DNA of 64,000 nt from Alphaproteobacteria bacterium (GCA_964291675.2 OZ219866.1:1088001-1152000); one strand, 5' to 3'. Counted from the stretch's first letter, positions 44,709 through 57,783 are shown. Program-made: numbers and translations. Notes: generated by a model not told the origin, from the letters alone.

Positions 44709-46541
44709 ATGGCACGGCGCCGAACCAGGGAGCGTGGTGGCAAGGCCGGCCCGGCGAAGCCCGCCGCGCGGCGCAAGCGTCGAATATGGGGGCGGCTCGC
44801 CCGCTGGGCGCTGGTGGCCGGGATCTGGGTCGCGGTCGCGGCGGCGGGCGCGATTGGCTGGTATGCCTGGGACCTGCCCGAGCTGTCCCGGCTGGAGACG
44901 CCGACGCGCCAGCCGGCGGCGCTGCTCAGGACCGCCGACGGGGCGGCGCTCGCGCGCTACGGCGAGCTCTATGGCGGCGCGGTGCGCTTCGACGAGCTGC
45001 CGGGATATTTCGTCCAGGCGGTGAGCGCGATCGAGGACCGGCGCTTCTTCGAGCATCCCGGAATCGATGTTTGGGGCATATTGCGCGCGGCCGTCGCCAA
45101 TATCCGCGCCGGCCGGGTGCGCCAGGGCGGCAGCACGCTCACCCAGCAGCTCGCCAAGAACCTCTTTCTCTCGCCGGAGCGGACCGTGCGGCGCAAGATC
45201 CAGGAGGCGATCGTGGCGCTCTGGCTGGAGGCCAGGTTCTCCAAGCGCCAGATCTTCGAGATCTACGTCAACCGGGTCTATTTCGGCTCCGGCGCCTATG
45301 GCGTCGCCGCCGCCGCCAGGCGCTATTTCGGCGGCACGGTGCGCGACCTCTCGCTGTTCGAGGCCGCGGTGCTGGCCGGGCTGCTCAAGGCGCCGTCGCG
45401 CTATTCCCCGGTGCGCGATGCCGACGCGGCGCGGGCGCGGGGAACCCGGGTGCTGCGGGCGATGGTCGACACCGGGGCGCTGACGGAGGCCGAGGCGAAG
45501 GCGGCCGAGCGCACCCCGCTCCGCCTGCGCGCCGAGAGCGGAGCCGGCGCGCGCTATTTCGCCGACTGGGCGCTGCAACGCGCGCTCGGCCATGTCGGGC
45601 GGGGCACGCGCGACATCGAGATCCGCACCACCCTCGATTCCCGGCTGCAACGCATCGCCGAGCGCCACGCCCGGGCCCTGCTGGCGAAGCAGGGCGGGGC
45701 CGGCCGGGTGTCGCAGGTCGCCCTGGTCGCGATGTCGGGCGCGGGCGCGATCCGCGCCATGGTCGGCGGGCGGGTCTATTCCGCGAGCCAGTTCAACCGC
45801 GCCACCCAGGCCTGGCGCCAGCCGGGCTCGGCGTTCAAGCTGTTCGTCTATCTCGCCGGGCTGGAGGCGGGGCTCGCGCCGGACGACGTGTTCGTCGACA
45901 GGCCGGTGAGCGTCGCCGGCTGGCGCCCGCGCAACTATGACGGGCGCTACCACGGCGCGATGCCGCTGATCCGCGCCTTCGCCCGGTCGATCAACACCGT
46001 CGCCGTCCAGGTCAGCGAGCGCGCCGGGCGGCGCCGGGTGATCGATGCCGCCAGGCGCCTCGGCATCACCACGCCGATCGCGCCCCACCCCTCGCTCGCG
46101 CTCGGCACCAGCGAGGTGACGCTGATCGAGCTCACCGCTTCCTATGCCGCGGTCGCCAATGGCGGGATCGCGGTCTGGCCCTACGGCGTCACCGCGATCG
46201 ACGCGGCCGGCGGCGAGCGCCTCTACCGGCGCAGCGGCGCGCCGGCGGCACGGGTGATCCGCGAGGACCGGGCGCGGGCGCTCCGGCGCATGCTGCGCGC
46301 GGCGGTGGCCAGCGGCACCGGGCGGGCGGCGCGGCTCGGCGGGTCGGAAGCCGGCAAGACCGGCACCAGCCAGAGCTTCCGCGACGCCTGGTTCGTCGGC
46401 TTCGCCAACGGGCTTGTGGCCGGCGTCTGGGTCGGCAACGACGACGACCGGCCGATGGCCAAGGTCACCGGCGGCGGGCTGCCGGCGCGCATCTGGCGGG
46501 GTTTCATGCGCGACGCCGAGGCGGCGCGCCGGGGGGCGTAG
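44709..46541 (+). CDS. class A penicillin-binding protein (PBP1A family)
   Basis: EDRRFFEH, GGSTLTQQ, RKIQE; SAFK, SIN, KTGT. Confidence 0.93.
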   Translation: MARRRTRERGGKAGPAKPAARRKRRIWGRLARWALVAGIWVAVAAAGAIGWYAWDLPELSRLETPTRQPAALLRTADGAALARYGELYGGAVRFDELPGYFVQAVSAIEDRRFFEHPGIDVWGILRAAVANIRAGRVRQGGSTLTQQLAKNLFLSPERTVRRKIQEAIVALWLEARFSKRQIFEIYVNRVYFGSGAYGVAAAARRYFGGTVRDLSLFEAAVLAGLLKAPSRYSPVRDADAARARGTRVLRAMVDTGALTEAEAKAAERTPLRLRAESGAGARYFADWALQRALGHVGRGTRDIEIRTTLDSRLQRIAERHARALLAKQGGAGRVSQVALVAMSGAGAIRAMVGGRVYSASQFNRATQAWRQPGSAFKLFVYLAGLEAGLAPDDVFVDRPVSVAGWRPRNYDGRYHGAMPLIRAFARSINTVAVQVSERAGRRRVIDAARRLGITTPIAPHPSLALGTSEVTLIELTASYAAVANGGIAVWPYGVTAIDAAGGERLYRRSGAPAARVIREDRARALRRMLRAAVASGTGRAARLGGSEAGKTGTSQSFRDAWFVGFANGLVAGVWVGNDDDRPMAKVTGGGLPARIWRGFMRDAEAARRGA

Positions 46542-46648
46542 CGGGGTGCGGCGGCGGGGACGCGCGCCGGCTTCCCATCGCGCGGCGCAGACCCCATTTT
46601 AGGGGCGAAACCAGGGGCCGGGCGGGGCAGCCGTCCGGAGCGCGTTGC

Positions 46649-49600
46649 ATGGAACTGGCTGAGGTCACGCTCGACGACAAATACGCGCTGGAGTCGGGCC
46701 GGGTCTACATGACCGGGACCCAGGCGCTGGTCCGCCTGCCGCTGATGCAGCGCCGCCGCGACCTCGCGGCGGGGCTCGACACGGCGGGGTTCATCTCGGG
46801 CTATCGCGGCTCGCCGCTCGCCGGCTACGACACCGCGCTGTGGCGCGCCAAAGGCTTCCTGGAGGACAACCACGTCCATTTCGAGCCCGGCGTCAACGAG
46901 GACCTCGCGGCGACCGCCGTCTGGGGCTCGCAGCAGGTGAACCTGTTCCTCGGCGGGCGCTATGACGGGGTGTTCGCGATCTGGTACGGCAAGGGCCCGG
47001 GGCTCGACCGGTCGATGGACGCGATGCGCCACGCGTCTGCCGCCGGGACCTCGCTCCATGGCGGCGTCCTCGCTCTGGTGGGCGACGACCACGGCGCGGT
47101 CTCCTCGACCCTGCCGACCCAGTCCGAGCACAACTTCGCGGCGATGATGATGCCCGTCCTGCACCCCGCCTCGGTGCAGGAATATCTCGATTTCGGGCTG
47201 ATCGGCTGGGCCATGTCGCGCTACTCGGGCAGCTGGATCGGCTTCAAGTGCCTGACCGAGACGGTCGAGAGCTCGGCCAGCGTCGCCGTGGACGAAGCCC
47301 GGGTCGCGATCGCGATCCCGGCCGACGAGCCGCCGTCGGATGTCGCGATCCGGCTCGGCGAGGATCGCCTCCAGGTCGAGGCCAGGCTGCAGGAGGACAA
47401 GGTCTATGCCGCGCTCCGCTTCGCCCGGGCGAACCGCATCGACCGGCTGGTGTGGGACAGCCCGAAGCCGCGCTTCGGCATCCTGACCGCCGGCAAGTCC
47501 TATCTCGACGTGCGCCAGGCGCTCGACGATCTCGGCATCGACGAGCAGGGCGCGGCGGCGCTCGGCATCCGCATCTACAAGGCGGGGATGGTGTGGCCGC
47601 TGGAGCGCTCGGGCGTGCGCGACTTCGCCGACGGGCTGGAAGAGGTGCTGGTCGTCGAGGAAAAGCGCGCGGTGATGGAGAACCAGCTCCGCGCCGAGCT
47701 CTACAACTGGAAGGAAAGCGCCAGGCCGCGCATCGTCGGCAAGTTCGACGAGGAGGGGAGCTGGCTGCTGCCGGCGGCGGGCGAGCTCACCCCGGCCATG
47801 GTCGCGAGGACCATCGCCCGGCGCATCGGGCGCTACCACACGAGCCCCCGGATCGCCGACCGCTTGGACGAGATCGAGGCCAAGGAGCGCGCGCTCTCGG
47901 GCTACGCGCCGGAGCTCCAGCGGAGCCCCTATTTCTGCTCCGGCTGCCCGCACAACCGCTCGACCAGGATCCCCGAGGGGAGCCGCGCCGAGGCGGGAAT
48001 CGGCTGCCACTGGATGGCGCTGCTGATGAACCGGGGGGCGGCGACCTTCTCCCACATGGGGGGCGAGGGGGCGAACTGGATCGGCCAGGCGCCGTTTACC
48101 GAGCAGAACCACGTCTTCGTCAATCTGGGCGACGGCACCTACCACCATTCCGGCATCCTCGCGATCCGCGCGGCGGTGAATGCCGGGGTCAACGTGACCT
48201 ACAAGGTGCTCTACAACGACGCCGTGGCGATGACCGGCGGCCAGCCCCAGCCGGTCGCCCCGCAGCAGATCGCGGCCCAGGTGCTGGCCGAGGGCGCCGC
48301 CCGTGTGGCGGTGGTCGCCGACCATCCGGGCAAGTACAACGGCCGGCCGCCCTTCCCCGGCGGGCTCAAGATCCACCATCGCGACGAGCTCGACCGCGTG
48401 CAGCGCGCACTCCGCGATGTCGCGGGCGTGACGGTGCTGATCTACGACCAGACCTGCGCCGCCGAGCTGCGCCGCCGGCGCAAGCGCGGCACCGCCCCCG
48501 ACCCCGACATCCGCGCCTTCATCAACGAGGCGGTGTGCGAGGGCTGCGGCGACTGCTCGGTCAAGTCGAACTGCGTCTCGATCGAGCCGCTGGAGACCAG
48601 ATACGGGCGCAAGCGGCGGATCAACCAGTCGGCCTGCAACAAGGACCTCTCCTGCGTCGACGGCTTCTGCCCGAGCTTCGTGACGCTCTCCGGCGCCCGC
48701 ATCCGCCGGGCGCGCGCGGGCGGCGATGCGCTGCCCGCACTGCTCGCCGGCCTGCCCGAGCCCGACCGGCCCCCGCTCGACGAGCCCTGGGACATCCTGG
48801 TGACCGGGATCGGCGGCACCGGCGTGGTCACCATCGGGGCGATCCTCGGCATGGCCGCCCATCTGGAGGGCAAGGGCGTGACCGTGCTCGACCAGTCGGG
48901 GCTCGCCCAGAAGAACGGCGCGGTGGTGAGCCATGTCCGTATCGCCGCCGCGCCGGAGGATTTGCACGCGGTGCGCATCGCGGCGGGGAAGGCGCGGCTG
49001 CTGCTGGGCTGCGACGCGGTGACGGCGGGCAGCTTCGATGCGCTGGCCAAGCTCGGACGCGGGCGCACGCGGGCGGTGGTCAACAGCGATGTCGCCCCGA
49101 CCGCGGCGTTCACGCTGGACGGCGATGCCCCGTTCGACACAGGCGCGCTGTTCGACGCGATCCGCGACGCGGCGGGCCACAACCTGACCGAGCCGGTCGC
49201 CGCCACGCGGACCGCCACCGCGCTCTTGGGCGACGCCATCGCGACCAACATGTTCATGGTGGGCTATGCCGCCCAGCGCGGGCTGATCCCGGTCTCGCTG
49301 GCTGCGCTCGACCGCGCGATCGAGCTCAACGGCGTGGCCGTCGAGGCGAACCGGGAGGCGCTGGGCTGGGGCCGCGTGCAGGCGGCCCGGCCGGAGGCGG
49401 TGGCCGACGCGCTCGCCGAGGCCGGCATCGCACCGGAGGAGGACCGGCGCCCGGAGACTCTGGAGGAGATCGTCGAGGACCGGGCCGCGCTGCTCACCGC
49501 CTGGCAGGACGCGGCCTACGCCGAACGCTACCGCGCGCTGGTGGCGCGCGCCGGGGCGGCGGATGATCCCTCGGGCGACGGCTCCGGGGCGTTCGCTCTC

Positions 49601-50140
49601 GCGGTCGCGCGCAACGCCGCCAAGGTGATGGCCTACAAGGACGAGTACGAGGTCGCCCGGCTCTATGTCGACCCCGGCTTCATGGCGAAGCTGAGGGCGC
49701 AGTTCGAGGGCGATTTCCGGCTCTCCTTCCACCTCGCCTTGCCGCTCTTGCGCCGCCCCGACCCGACGACCGGGGAGCCCGGGAAGCGCAGCTTCGGGCC
49801 GTGGACGCTGACCGCCTTCCGCCTGCTCGCGCGGATGAAGGGTTTGCGCGGCGGGCCGTTCGATCCCTTCGCGCGCAGCCCCGACCGGCGCCTGGAGCGG
49901 GAGTTGGTGGACTGGTATCTCGCCCTGGCGGACGAGCTCGCGGGCGGGCTCGACCGGGGGAACTACGAGACCGCGCTCGCGCTCGCCTCCCTGCCGGAGA
50001 AGATCCGGGGCTACGGCCCGGTCAAGGCGCGGAGCGTCGAGGAAGCGAGGCGCCGCGAGGCCGAGCTCCGACGTTCCTGGCCGCGGGCGGAGGCGCGGGT
50101 GACGGGCGCGGAAGAGGCGGAGCTCATTCCGGCCAGGTGA
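46649..50140 (+). CDS. fused indolepyruvate:ferredoxin oxidoreductase family protein
   Basis: [29 protein letters not shown] motif, [23 protein letters not shown]. Confidence 0.93.
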   Translation: MELAEVTLDDKYALESGRVYMTGTQALVRLPLMQRRRDLAAGLDTAGFISGYRGSPLAGYDTALWRAKGFLEDNHVHFEPGVNEDLAATAVWGSQQVNLFLGGRYDGVFAIWYGKGPGLDRSMDAMRHASAAGTSLHGGVLALVGDDHGAVSSTLPTQSEHNFAAMMMPVLHPASVQEYLDFGLIGWAMSRYSGSWIGFKCLTETVESSASVAVDEARVAIAIPADEPPSDVAIRLGEDRLQVEARLQEDKVYAALRFARANRIDRLVWDSPKPRFGILTAGKSYLDVRQALDDLGIDEQGAAALGIRIYKAGMVWPLERSGVRDFADGLEEVLVVEEKRAVMENQLRAELYNWKESARPRIVGKFDEEGSWLLPAAGELTPAMVARTIARRIGRYHTSPRIADRLDEIEAKERALSGYAPELQRSPYFCSGCPHNRSTRIPEGSRAEAGIGCHWMALLMNRGAATFSHMGGEGANWIGQAPFTEQNHVFVNLGDGTYHHSGILAIRAAVNAGVNVTYKVLYNDAVAMTGGQPQPVAPQQIAAQVLAEGAARVAVVADHPGKYNGRPPFPGGLKIHHRDELDRVQRALRDVAGVTVLIYDQTCAAELRRRRKRGTAPDPDIRAFINEAVCEGCGDCSVKSNCVSIEPLETRYGRKRRINQSACNKDLSCVDGFCPSFVTLSGARIRRARAGGDALPALLAGLPEPDRPPLDEPWDILVTGIGGTGVVTIGAILGMAAHLEGKGVTVLDQSGLAQKNGAVVSHVRIAAAPEDLHAVRIAAGKARLLLGCDAVTAGSFDALAKLGRGRTRAVVNSDVAPTAAFTLDGDAPFDTGALFDAIRDAAGHNLTEPVAATRTATALLGDAIATNMFMVGYAAQRGLIPVSLAALDRAIELNGVAVEANREALGWGRVQAARPEAVADALAEAGIAPEEDRRPETLEEIVEDRAALLTAWQDAAYAERYRALVARAGAADDPSGDGSGAFALAVARNAAKVMAYKDEYEVARLYVDPGFMAKLRAQFEGDFRLSFHLALPLLRRPDPTTGEPGKRSFGPWTLTAFRLLARMKGLRGGPFDPFARSPDRRLERELVDWYLALADELAGGLDRGNYETALALASLPEKIRGYGPVKARSVEEARRREAELRRSWPRAEARVTGAEEAELIPAR

Positions 50141-50558
50141 CGATGCGCTCCTCGGGATCGTCGCCGCGGCGTTCCGGCACCACGCGGCCGCGCACCGAGA
50201 TGCCGGCCCGGTGCACGGTCTCCGGGTCGCCCGAGACCAGCGGGTGCCACCAGGCGAGCTCCCGCCCCTCGGCGAGCAGCCGGTAGGCGCAGGTCGACGG
50301 CAGCCAGCCCAGCTTGCGCACCCGTTCCGGCGTGAGGTCGACGCAATCGGGCACCAGACGCAGCCGCTGGCGGTAGCGCGTGCAGCGGCAGGTCCCGGGA
50401 TCGAGCAGGCGGCAGGCGATGTCGGTATAGGCGATCTCGCCGGTATCGGCGTCTTCCAGCTTCACCAGGCAGCAGCGCGCGCAGCCGTCGCAGAGCGCCT
50501 CCCACTCCTCGCGCGTCATCTCCTCCAGCGTCTTGGTCCGCCAGTAGGGCTCGCCCAT
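50124..50558 (-). CDS. YcgN family cysteine-cluster protein
   Basis: [26 protein letters not shown]. Confidence 0.92.
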   Translation of the reverse strand: MGEPYWRTKTLEEMTREEWEALCDGCARCCLVKLEDADTGEIAYTDIACRLLDPGTCRCTRYRQRLRLVPDCVDLTPERVRKLGWLPSTCAYRLLAEGRELAWWHPLVSGDPETVHRAGISVRGRVVPERRGDDPEERIVTWPE

Positions 50559-50568
50559 CGCGCGCGCC

Positions 50569-51159
50569 TCAGGACACCAGCTCGCGCAGCCGCTTCGCCA
50601 TCGTCTCGGGCGCGGTGCCGTGGCTGAAATGGGTGAGGTAGCGCCCGTCGGGGTCCATCAGGTAGATCACCGAGGAGTGGTCCATCAGGTAGTTCTCGCC
50701 CGCCTTGGGGTCCTCGACCTTGGCGTAGTAGACCCGGTAGACGCGGGCCGCCTTGCTCACCTGGGCGGGCGAGCCGGAGAGCCCGACCAGCCGCGGGTGG
50801 AAGTTGGCGACATAGTCCTTCAGCACCCTGGGCGTGTCGCGGTCCGGGTCGATGGTGATGAACAAGGGCTGCACCCGGGCCGCGTCGGGGCCGAGCTCGT
50901 CGAGCGCGATCAGCATGTCGGCGAGCGCCGTCGGGCACACGTCGGGGCAGAAGCTGTAGCCGAAATAGATCAGCGCGTGGCGGCCCCTGAAATCCGCCTC
51001 GGTGCGTTCCTGCCCGGTGTGGTCGACCAGGGTGAACGCCCCGCCGATGCGCGCGATCCCGCCGCCGTCCTCGCGCCACACATAGACCGCGACGATGGCC
51101 GCCAGCGCGACCGCCATGAACACGGTTGCGAGGATGATCGTGACCTTGCGATCGGACAT
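50569..51159 (-). CDS. SCO family copper chaperone
   Basis: [21 protein letters not shown]. Confidence 0.93.
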   Translation of the reverse strand: MSDRKVTIILATVFMAVALAAIVAVYVWREDGGGIARIGGAFTLVDHTGQERTEADFRGRHALIYFGYSFCPDVCPTALADMLIALDELGPDAARVQPLFITIDPDRDTPRVLKDYVANFHPRLVGLSGSPAQVSKAARVYRVYYAKVEDPKAGENYLMDHSSVIYLMDPDGRYLTHFSHGTAPETMAKRLRELVS

Positions 51160-51446
51160 CGGGCGCTCGCCTTGGGGCAGGGGCTGGTAGGAATTTAGGG
51201 CGGTGAGGGCGGGTTGGCTACGGGCCAGGCGATCGCGCCGAGGGCGAGCAGCGCAGCCGGGGCAATCGCTGGGCTGCGCCAGAGATGGGTTCGGCATCGT
51301 CGGTTTGTCGAGCCCACATTCCAGACAGCCTCGGCTCACAGGATGGAGATGCCGGCGATCGGGGTCCCGGCCAACGACACAACCGACGACCGGCTGACGG
51401 GCGGGACTTCCCTTTCGACCCCGCCGGGGTAATTCTTTCAGGCATC

Positions 51447-51827
51447 ATGCCTGTCCTCGGCCGAATCCTGCTCTACGTCCGCGACATCGACGCCGTGTCC
51501 GAATTCTACGAATGCCATTTCGGTTTCCGAATTCACCGGGAACGGGGCGATCGCGTCGTGGAGCTGCAGAGCCCCGCCGGCGCCGGCAGCGATATCGTGC
51601 TTCATCCCCTTGGCCGTGGGCGCAAAGCCGGTCAGTCCGTCGCCAAGCTGGTCTTCGATGTCGCCGACGTCGAAGCGTTTTGCGCCCGCGCTGCCGAACG
51701 CGGGCTCCAATTCGGCACCGTACACAAGGCCGACGGTTATGTTTTCGCCAATGCCAAGGACCCTGCGGGCAACGCCATATCCGTATCGAGCCGCGCCTAC
51801 CGGCACGGCACGTCCGGAGACGACTGA
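51447..51827 (+). CDS. VOC/glyoxalase family protein
   Basis: LYVRD.....FY...FGF, KLVFDVADV, DPAGN. Confidence 0.8.
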   Translation: MPVLGRILLYVRDIDAVSEFYECHFGFRIHRERGDRVVELQSPAGAGSDIVLHPLGRGRKAGQSVAKLVFDVADVEAFCARAAERGLQFGTVHKADGYVFANAKDPAGNAISVSSRAYRHGTSGDD

Positions 51828-51849
51828 CGATATCGGGCCATGGCGGCCC

Positions 51850-53040
51850 TTACCGATCGAGCGCGGCGACGCCGGGCAGGGTCTTGCCCTCCAGCCATTC
51901 GAGGAACGCCCCGCCGGCGGTGGACAGGTAGCTGAAATCCTCCGCCACCCCGGCGTGGGAGAGCGCGGCGAGGGTATCGCCGCCGCCGGCGACGCTGCGC
52001 AGCGACCCCGCCCTGGTAAGCGTCGCGGCGGCCCGCGCAACCGCGACCGTCGCCGCGTCGAAGGGCGGCATCTCGAAGGCGCCGAGCGGGCCGTTCCACA
52101 CCAGGGTCCGGCAGTCCCCGAGCCGGTCGGCGAGCGCGCTCGCGGTGGCCGGGCCGAGGTCGAGGATCATCGCATCATCGGGCACCGCGGCGACCGGCAC
52201 CGTGTCCGCCGGCGCGCCGGCTTCGAGCGCGCGGGCGACGACGACATCGGACGGCAGCGCCACCTCGCACCCGGCGTCGTCCGCACCGGCAAGGATGGCG
52301 CGGGCGGCGCCCGCCATGCCGGGTTCGCAGAGCGATGCGCCGACATCGGTGCCGAGCGCATGCAGGAAGGTGTTGGCCATCGCGCCGCCGATGGCCAGGA
52401 TATCGACCCTGGCCGCGAGATTGCCCAGCAGGTCGAGCTTGGTCGAGACCTTGGCGCCGCCGACGATGGCCGCCAGCGGCCGGTCCGGCGTCGTCAGCGC
52501 CCCCTCCAGCGCCTTGAGTTCGGCCTCCATCGACCGCCCCGCGGCGGCGGGCAGCAGGCGGGCGAGGCCGGTCGTCGAGGCGTGCGCGCGGTGGGCGGCG
52601 GAGAAGGCGTCGTTGACGTAGACGTCGCCGAGCGCGGCGAGCGCCGCGGCGAAGCCGGGATCGTTCTCCTCCTCTCCCGCATGAAAGCGGAGGTTCTCCA
52701 GCAGCAGCACCTCGCCCGGGCCGAGCGCCGCCGCCGCCTGTTCGGCGAGCGGGCCCACGCAGTCCCCGGCGAAGGCGACGCGCCGCCCGCCGAGCGCCCG
52801 GCTCAGCGGCTCGGCGAGCGCATCGAGCGACAGCGCGGCCACGCGCTCTCCGCCGGGCCGGCCGAAATGCGACAGCAGGACGACCGAGGCGCCGCTCGCG
52901 CAGATCTCCTCGACGGTGGGCGCGAGGCGGTCGAGGCGGGCGCTGTCGGCGACCGCGCCGTCCTTCATGGGGACGTTGAGGTCGCCGCGCAGCAGCACCC
53001 GCTTCCCGGCGAGGTCGAGCCCGTCCAGCGAGCGCGGCAT
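51850..53040 (-). CDS. pgk: phosphoglycerate kinase
   Basis: [41 protein letters not shown]. Confidence 0.97.
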   Translation of the reverse strand: MPRSLDGLDLAGKRVLLRGDLNVPMKDGAVADSARLDRLAPTVEEICASGASVVLLSHFGRPGGERVAALSLDALAEPLSRALGGRRVAFAGDCVGPLAEQAAAALGPGEVLLLENLRFHAGEEENDPGFAAALAALGDVYVNDAFSAAHRAHASTTGLARLLPAAAGRSMEAELKALEGALTTPDRPLAAIVGGAKVSTKLDLLGNLAARVDILAIGGAMANTFLHALGTDVGASLCEPGMAGAARAILAGADDAGCEVALPSDVVVARALEAGAPADTVPVAAVPDDAMILDLGPATASALADRLGDCRTLVWNGPLGAFEMPPFDAATVAVARAAATLTRAGSLRSVAGGGDTLAALSHAGVAEDFSYLSTAGGAFLEWLEGKTLPGVAALDR

Positions 53041-53053
53041 CGCCCGCGCCGGC

Positions 53054-54064
53054 TCAGCCGAGCCGGCCGAGCGCGGCGGCCACGTCGATCATCCGGTTGG
53101 AGAAGCCCCACTCGTTGTCGTACCAGCTCAGCACCCGGACCAGGGTTCCGTCGATCACCTGGGTCTGGGTGAGGTCGAACACCGAGCTCGCCGCGTTGTG
53201 GTTGAAGTCGGCCGAGACCAGCGGCGCGTCGTTGGTCGCGAGCACGCCCTTGAGCCGCCTCGACTTCGCCGCCTTCTGGATCGCCGCGTTGATTTCGTCG
53301 GCGGTCGTCCTGCGCCGGGCGACGAACTTGAAGTCGATCATCGAGACGTTTTGGGTAGGCACCCGGATCGCGGTGCCGTCGAGCTTGCCGTCGAGCTCGG
53401 GCAGGACCCGCCCCACCGCCTTGGCGGCGCCGGTCGAGGTCGGGATCAGCGACTGGCCCGCCGCGCGGGCGCGCCGCAAATCGCTGTGCAGGGTGTCCAG
53501 GATGCGCTGGTCGCCGGTATAGGCGTGGACCGTCGTCATATAGCCCTTCGAGACGCCCACCGCCCTGTCGAGCACCGCGGCGACCGGGGCGAGGCAGTTG
53601 GTGGTGCAGGAGGCGTTGGACACCACCCGGTGCGACTTGCGCAGCCGGTTGTCGTTCACCCCGTAGACGACGGTGATGTCCTCGTCGGTCGCGGGCGCCG
53701 AGATCAGCACGCGCCCGGCGCCGGCGGCGAGGTGCTTCTCCGCATCCGCGCGCCTGGTGAACAGCCCGGTGCACTCCAGCGCCACGTCGACGCCGAGCTT
53801 CGCCCAGGGGAGGTTCGCCGGGTCGCGCTCGGCGAACACCCGGATGGCATCGCCGTTCACGTTGAACCCGGTCCTGGCGACCCTGATACGGGCGTCGAAT
53901 CGCCCGTGGCTCGAATCGTATTCCAGCAGATGGGCATTGACCTCGGGCGAGCCGAGATCGTTGATCGCAACCACCCGGATGTCGTCGCGTCCCGATTCGT
54001 AGAGCGCGCGCAGCACCAGCCGCCCGATGCGTCCGAACCCGTTGATCGCGACCTGTACCGCCAT
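53054..54064 (-). CDS. gap: type I glyceraldehyde-3-phosphate dehydrogenase
   Basis: [27 protein letters not shown]. Confidence 0.97.
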   Translation of the reverse strand: MAVQVAINGFGRIGRLVLRALYESGRDDIRVVAINDLGSPEVNAHLLEYDSSHGRFDARIRVARTGFNVNGDAIRVFAERDPANLPWAKLGVDVALECTGLFTRRADAEKHLAAGAGRVLISAPATDEDITVVYGVNDNRLRKSHRVVSNASCTTNCLAPVAAVLDRAVGVSKGYMTTVHAYTGDQRILDTLHSDLRRARAAGQSLIPTSTGAAKAVGRVLPELDGKLDGTAIRVPTQNVSMIDFKFVARRRTTADEINAAIQKAAKSRRLKGVLATNDAPLVSADFNHNAASSVFDLTQTQVIDGTLVRVLSWYDNEWGFSNRMIDVAAALGRLG

Positions 54065-54080
54065 GTCGTCTCCTCCCGGA

Positions 54081-56108
54081 TTACGCTGTTAGCCGCGCCC
54101 GCGCCGCGTCCGCCACCGCGCCCGGCGTCAACCCGAAATGCCGGTAGAGGTCGCCATGCGGGGCGGACGCGCCGAACCCCGTCATGCCGACGAACCCGCC
54201 ATCCGGGCCGAGATAGCGTTCCCAGCCGAGCCGGCAGGCGGCCTCCACCCCGACGCGCACGGCATCCCCGCCGAGCACCGCCTCGCGCCACGCGGCCGGC
54301 TGCTCGTCGAAGAGCTCCCAGCAGGGGAGCGAGCTCACCTGCGTCGGGATTCCCTCGCCTTCGAGGATCTTTCCGGCTTCGACCGCGATCGAGACCTCCG
54401 ATCCGGTGGCGAGCAGCGCCACGCGTGGCGCGCCGCCGCTCGCCGGAACCAGCACGTAGCCGCCCTTGGCGCCGAGACCCTTGTCGTGGTCCGGGCCGCG
54501 CAGCGCCGGCAGCGCCTGGCGCGTCAGCGCGAGCACCGAGGGCCCGCCGCGATGCGCCAGCGCGGCGGCCCAGCACTCGGCCGTCTCCACCGCGTCGGCG
54601 GGGCGGAAGACGCAGAGATTGGGCATCGCCCGCAGGCTCGCCAGATGCTCGACCGGCTGGTGGGTCGGGCCGTCCTCGCCGAGCCCGATCGAATCGTGGG
54701 TCAGCACGTAGATCGCCTGCTTGCCCATCAGCGCGGCGAGGCGGAGCGCCGGCCTGAGATAGTCGGAGAAGATCAGGAAGGTCCCGGCATAGGGGAGGAT
54801 GCCGCCATGCAGCGCCATCCCGTTCATCGCCGCGGCCATGCCGTGCTCGCGCACGCCGTAGTGGATGTAGCGGCCGGAGAAATCGTCGCCGGTGACGATG
54901 CCGACGCCCTCGAACAGCGTGTTGTTCGACCCCGTGAGGTCGGCCGAACCGCCGACCAGCTCGGGCAGCAGCGGCGCGACGACGTTGAGCACCGCGCCGG
55001 AAGACTGGCGCGTGGCGCGCCTGGGCGCGGCTTCGATCAGCTCGTCGACATGCGCGTCGAGCGCCGCCTTCCAGACATCCGCCGGCTCGCCCGCCATCGC
55101 GCGGTTGAACGCCGCCCTCCGGTCCGCGGGCAGGGCGTCGATGCGCGCGCGCCAGGCCGCGCGCGCCGGTCCCGACCGCGCCCCCGCCGCGCGCCAGGCG
55201 GCGAGCACGTCGTCGGGCACGGCAAACGGCGGCAGGTCCCAGCCGAGCGCCTCGCGCGCGCCGGCGATCTCTTCGGCGCCGAGCGGCGCGCCGTGCGCGC
55301 CGGCGGTGCCCGCCTTGTTCGGCGCGCCGAAGCCGATCACCGTCCGGCAGGCGATCAGCGACGGGCGCTCGTCGGCGAGCGCGGTGTCGATGGCGGCGGC
55401 GACGGAGTCCATGTCGTGGCCGTCGGCCGCGACCGTATGCCAGCCATAGGCCCGGAACCGCGCCGGCACGTCGTCGCCGACGGAAAGCGCGGTCGGGCCG
55501 TCGATCGAGATCGAATTGTCGTCGAACAGCACGATCAGCTTGCCGAGGCCGAGATGGCCGGCGAGCGAGGCGGCCTCGTGGCTCACCCCCTCCATCAAAT
55601 CGCCGTCCGAGGCGATCGCCCAGGTCCGGTGGTCGACCGCCGCGTCGCCGAAGCGGGCGGCCAGCATGCGCTCCGCCAGCGCCATGCCGACCGCTGCCGC
55701 GATCCCCTGTCCGAGCGGCCCCGTCGTGGTCTCGATTCCCGCCGCGTGGCCGTATTCCGGGTGGCCCGCGGTGCGGCTGCCGAGTTGGCGGAACCGGCGG
55801 ATCTCGTCCATCGTCATGTCGGGATAGCCGGTCAGGTGGAGCAGCGCGTAGAGCAGCATCGAGCCGTGGCCGGCCGACAGGACGAAACGGTCGCGGTCGG
55901 GCCAGTCGGGCGCGGAAGCGTCGAATTTCAGATAGCGCGTGAACAGCACCGTCGCCGCGTCGGCCATTCCCATCGGCATTCCGGGATGGCCGGACCGGGC
56001 CGCTTCCACCGCGTCCATGGCGAGCGCGCGGATCGCGTTGGCCATGCGCTCCGGGGCGACGCGGGCGGCGCAACCCTCGGTCGATGCTGGTTGGGTCCTG
56101 GTCGGCAT
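54081..56108 (-). CDS. tkt: transketolase
   Basis: [29 protein letters not shown]. Confidence 0.97.
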   Translation of the reverse strand: MPTRTQPASTEGCAARVAPERMANAIRALAMDAVEAARSGHPGMPMGMADAATVLFTRYLKFDASAPDWPDRDRFVLSAGHGSMLLYALLHLTGYPDMTMDEIRRFRQLGSRTAGHPEYGHAAGIETTTGPLGQGIAAAVGMALAERMLAARFGDAAVDHRTWAIASDGDLMEGVSHEAASLAGHLGLGKLIVLFDDNSISIDGPTALSVGDDVPARFRAYGWHTVAADGHDMDSVAAAIDTALADERPSLIACRTVIGFGAPNKAGTAGAHGAPLGAEEIAGAREALGWDLPPFAVPDDVLAAWRAAGARSGPARAAWRARIDALPADRRAAFNRAMAGEPADVWKAALDAHVDELIEAAPRRATRQSSGAVLNVVAPLLPELVGGSADLTGSNNTLFEGVGIVTGDDFSGRYIHYGVREHGMAAAMNGMALHGGILPYAGTFLIFSDYLRPALRLAALMGKQAIYVLTHDSIGLGEDGPTHQPVEHLASLRAMPNLCVFRPADAVETAECWAAALAHRGGPSVLALTRQALPALRGPDHDKGLGAKGGYVLVPASGGAPRVALLATGSEVSIAVEAGKILEGEGIPTQVSSLPCWELFDEQPAAWREAVLGGDAVRVGVEAACRLGWERYLGPDGGFVGMTGFGASAPHGDLYRHFGLTPGAVADAARARLTA

Positions 56109-56243
56109 GACGGTCTCACACTGAGGAGCGAGGGCGTGCGGTTTCGCGCGATGAAAGGTAATCGAATCGGGACCCGTTGGGGCGCCGCAATGTGTCTCCG
56201 ACGCGGCGGCGATGCAAGCCCGTCGGGTGTCTGCGGGGCGTAT

Positions 56244-57770
56244 TCAGCGCGCCAGGGTGGCGAGCTTCACGCCGAGCCTCGCGCGGCGGGTGAGCCACGG
56301 GCTCGGGCGGTAGCGCGGATCGCGGTAGAAGTCGTGCAGCGCGTCCAGGATGGCGAGCACCTTGGCCGGGCCGAGATAATCGCCCCAGGCGATCGGCCCG
56401 CGCGGATAGGCGAGGCCGAGCTCGACCGCCGCGTCGATATCGGCCGGGGTGGCGATGCCCTGCTGGGCGATGTCGCAGCCGATATTGACGATGGTCGCGA
56501 TCACCCGCTGGGCGACGAAGCCCGGGCTGTCGGTGATCGCGGTGACCGGCGTGCCGTCGGCGGCGAGCAGCGCATGCGCCAGGTCGCGCCAGCGCGGCTC
56601 GGTTACCGGTGTGGTCATCAGCGTGCGCCTTCCGTCGAGCCCGAACGCGGTGTCGACCGCCACCGTGCGCTCCGCCGGCAGGCCCTGATCGAGCGCGGTC
56701 GTGGTCGCGTCCGTTCCCGTCGGGGTGACGATGCAGAGCGACCCCGGGCCGGGGCTCGCGCCGCTCTCGACGGTCGCCGCGTCGGCGATGGCGGCGATCA
56801 CCGCCTGCTGGCCCTCGGGATCGGCCGGGCTCACCCAGACCGGGGCGGGCGCGGCTTCCGGCACCGGCGCGGTCTCCGCCGCGGTCTTCCTGCCATCCTC
56901 ATAGGCGTAGAAGCCGCGCCCCGTCTTGCGCCCGTAGAGCCCCGCCGCCATGCGCTGGCGGGCGATCGGCACTGGGCGGAAGCGCGGCTCCTCGTAGAAC
57001 TGGCGGTAGATCGATTCCATCACCACGCCGGATACGTCGAGCCCGGTGATGTCCATCAGCTCGAAGGGACCCATGCGGAACCGCGTGCCGCCCTCGCGCA
57101 GCACGTCGTCGACGTCGCCGGGCGCGGCGATGCCTTCCTGGACGATCCTGAGCCCCTCGGTGCCGAACCCACGCCCGGCATGGTTGACCAGGAAGCCGGG
57201 CGAATCCTTGGCGCGCACCGGGCGGTGGCCGCAGCGCCGCGCGATGCCGTCCAGCACGTCGCCGACCCAGGGCGCGGTCAACAGCCCGTCGACCACCTCG
57301 ACCACCTTGAGCAGCGGCACCGGGTTGAAGAAGTGCCAGCCGGCCACGCGCTCCGGCCGGTCGCAATCCGCGGCGATCGCCGTGACCGAGAGCGAGGAGG
57401 TGTTGGAGGCGAGGATGCAGTCCGCCGCCACGATCTCCTCCAGCTCCGCGAACAGCCGCTGCTTGGCCTCCAGATCCTCGACGATCGCCTCCACCACGAC
57501 AGCGGCGCCGGCCATGGCGCCGAGCCCGTCGACGACTTCTAGCCGGCCGACCGCCGCTTCGGCCGCCGCCTCGGTCATGCCGCCCTTCTCCGCCGCCCGG
57601 CGCAGCATCCGCGAGACGAAGGCCACCGCTTCGGCCGCCGCGCCGGCGCGCGTGTCGAAAAGCCTGACGGCGATACCGCCCGCCGCCGCGATCTGGGCGA
57701 TGCCGCGGCCCATCGTCCCGGTGCCGACGACCCCGAGCGCGAGGGAGGGCGATTGCGGGTCGGTCGTCAT
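56244..57770 (-). CDS. 3-hydroxyacyl-CoA dehydrogenase (PaaH-like)
   Basis: GTGTMG.GI, EAIVE, SNTSS, HFFNP, duplicated C-terminal domain. Confidence 0.92.
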   Translation of the reverse strand: MTTDPQSPSLALGVVGTGTMGRGIAQIAAAGGIAVRLFDTRAGAAAEAVAFVSRMLRRAAEKGGMTEAAAEAAVGRLEVVDGLGAMAGAAVVVEAIVEDLEAKQRLFAELEEIVAADCILASNTSSLSVTAIAADCDRPERVAGWHFFNPVPLLKVVEVVDGLLTAPWVGDVLDGIARRCGHRPVRAKDSPGFLVNHAGRGFGTEGLRIVQEGIAAPGDVDDVLREGGTRFRMGPFELMDITGLDVSGVVMESIYRQFYEEPRFRPVPIARQRMAAGLYGRKTGRGFYAYEDGRKTAAETAPVPEAAPAPVWVSPADPEGQQAVIAAIADAATVESGASPGPGSLCIVTPTGTDATTTALDQGLPAERTVAVDTAFGLDGRRTLMTTPVTEPRWRDLAHALLAADGTPVTAITDSPGFVAQRVIATIVNIGCDIAQQGIATPADIDAAVELGLAYPRGPIAWGDYLGPAKVLAILDALHDFYRDPRYRPSPWLTRRARLGVKLATLAR

Positions 57771-57783
57771 GGCGGTCCCCCTG

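Noticed and set aside
46223-49732. Very long antisense or alternate-frame ORFs (also 54138-57542, 25926-29411, 15558-18452, 39382-42084)
   Set aside because: Shadow ORFs caused by high GC and codon bias of real genes; Arg/Ala/Gly/Pro-rich with no family motifs.
46649-50140. Fused IorAB as a novelty
   Set aside because: Single-chain IOR family proteins are common in proteobacteria.
51200-51440. Possible IS end or gene relic upstream of the VOC gene
   Set aside because: Slightly atypical composition, but no inverted partner or recognisable protein motif.
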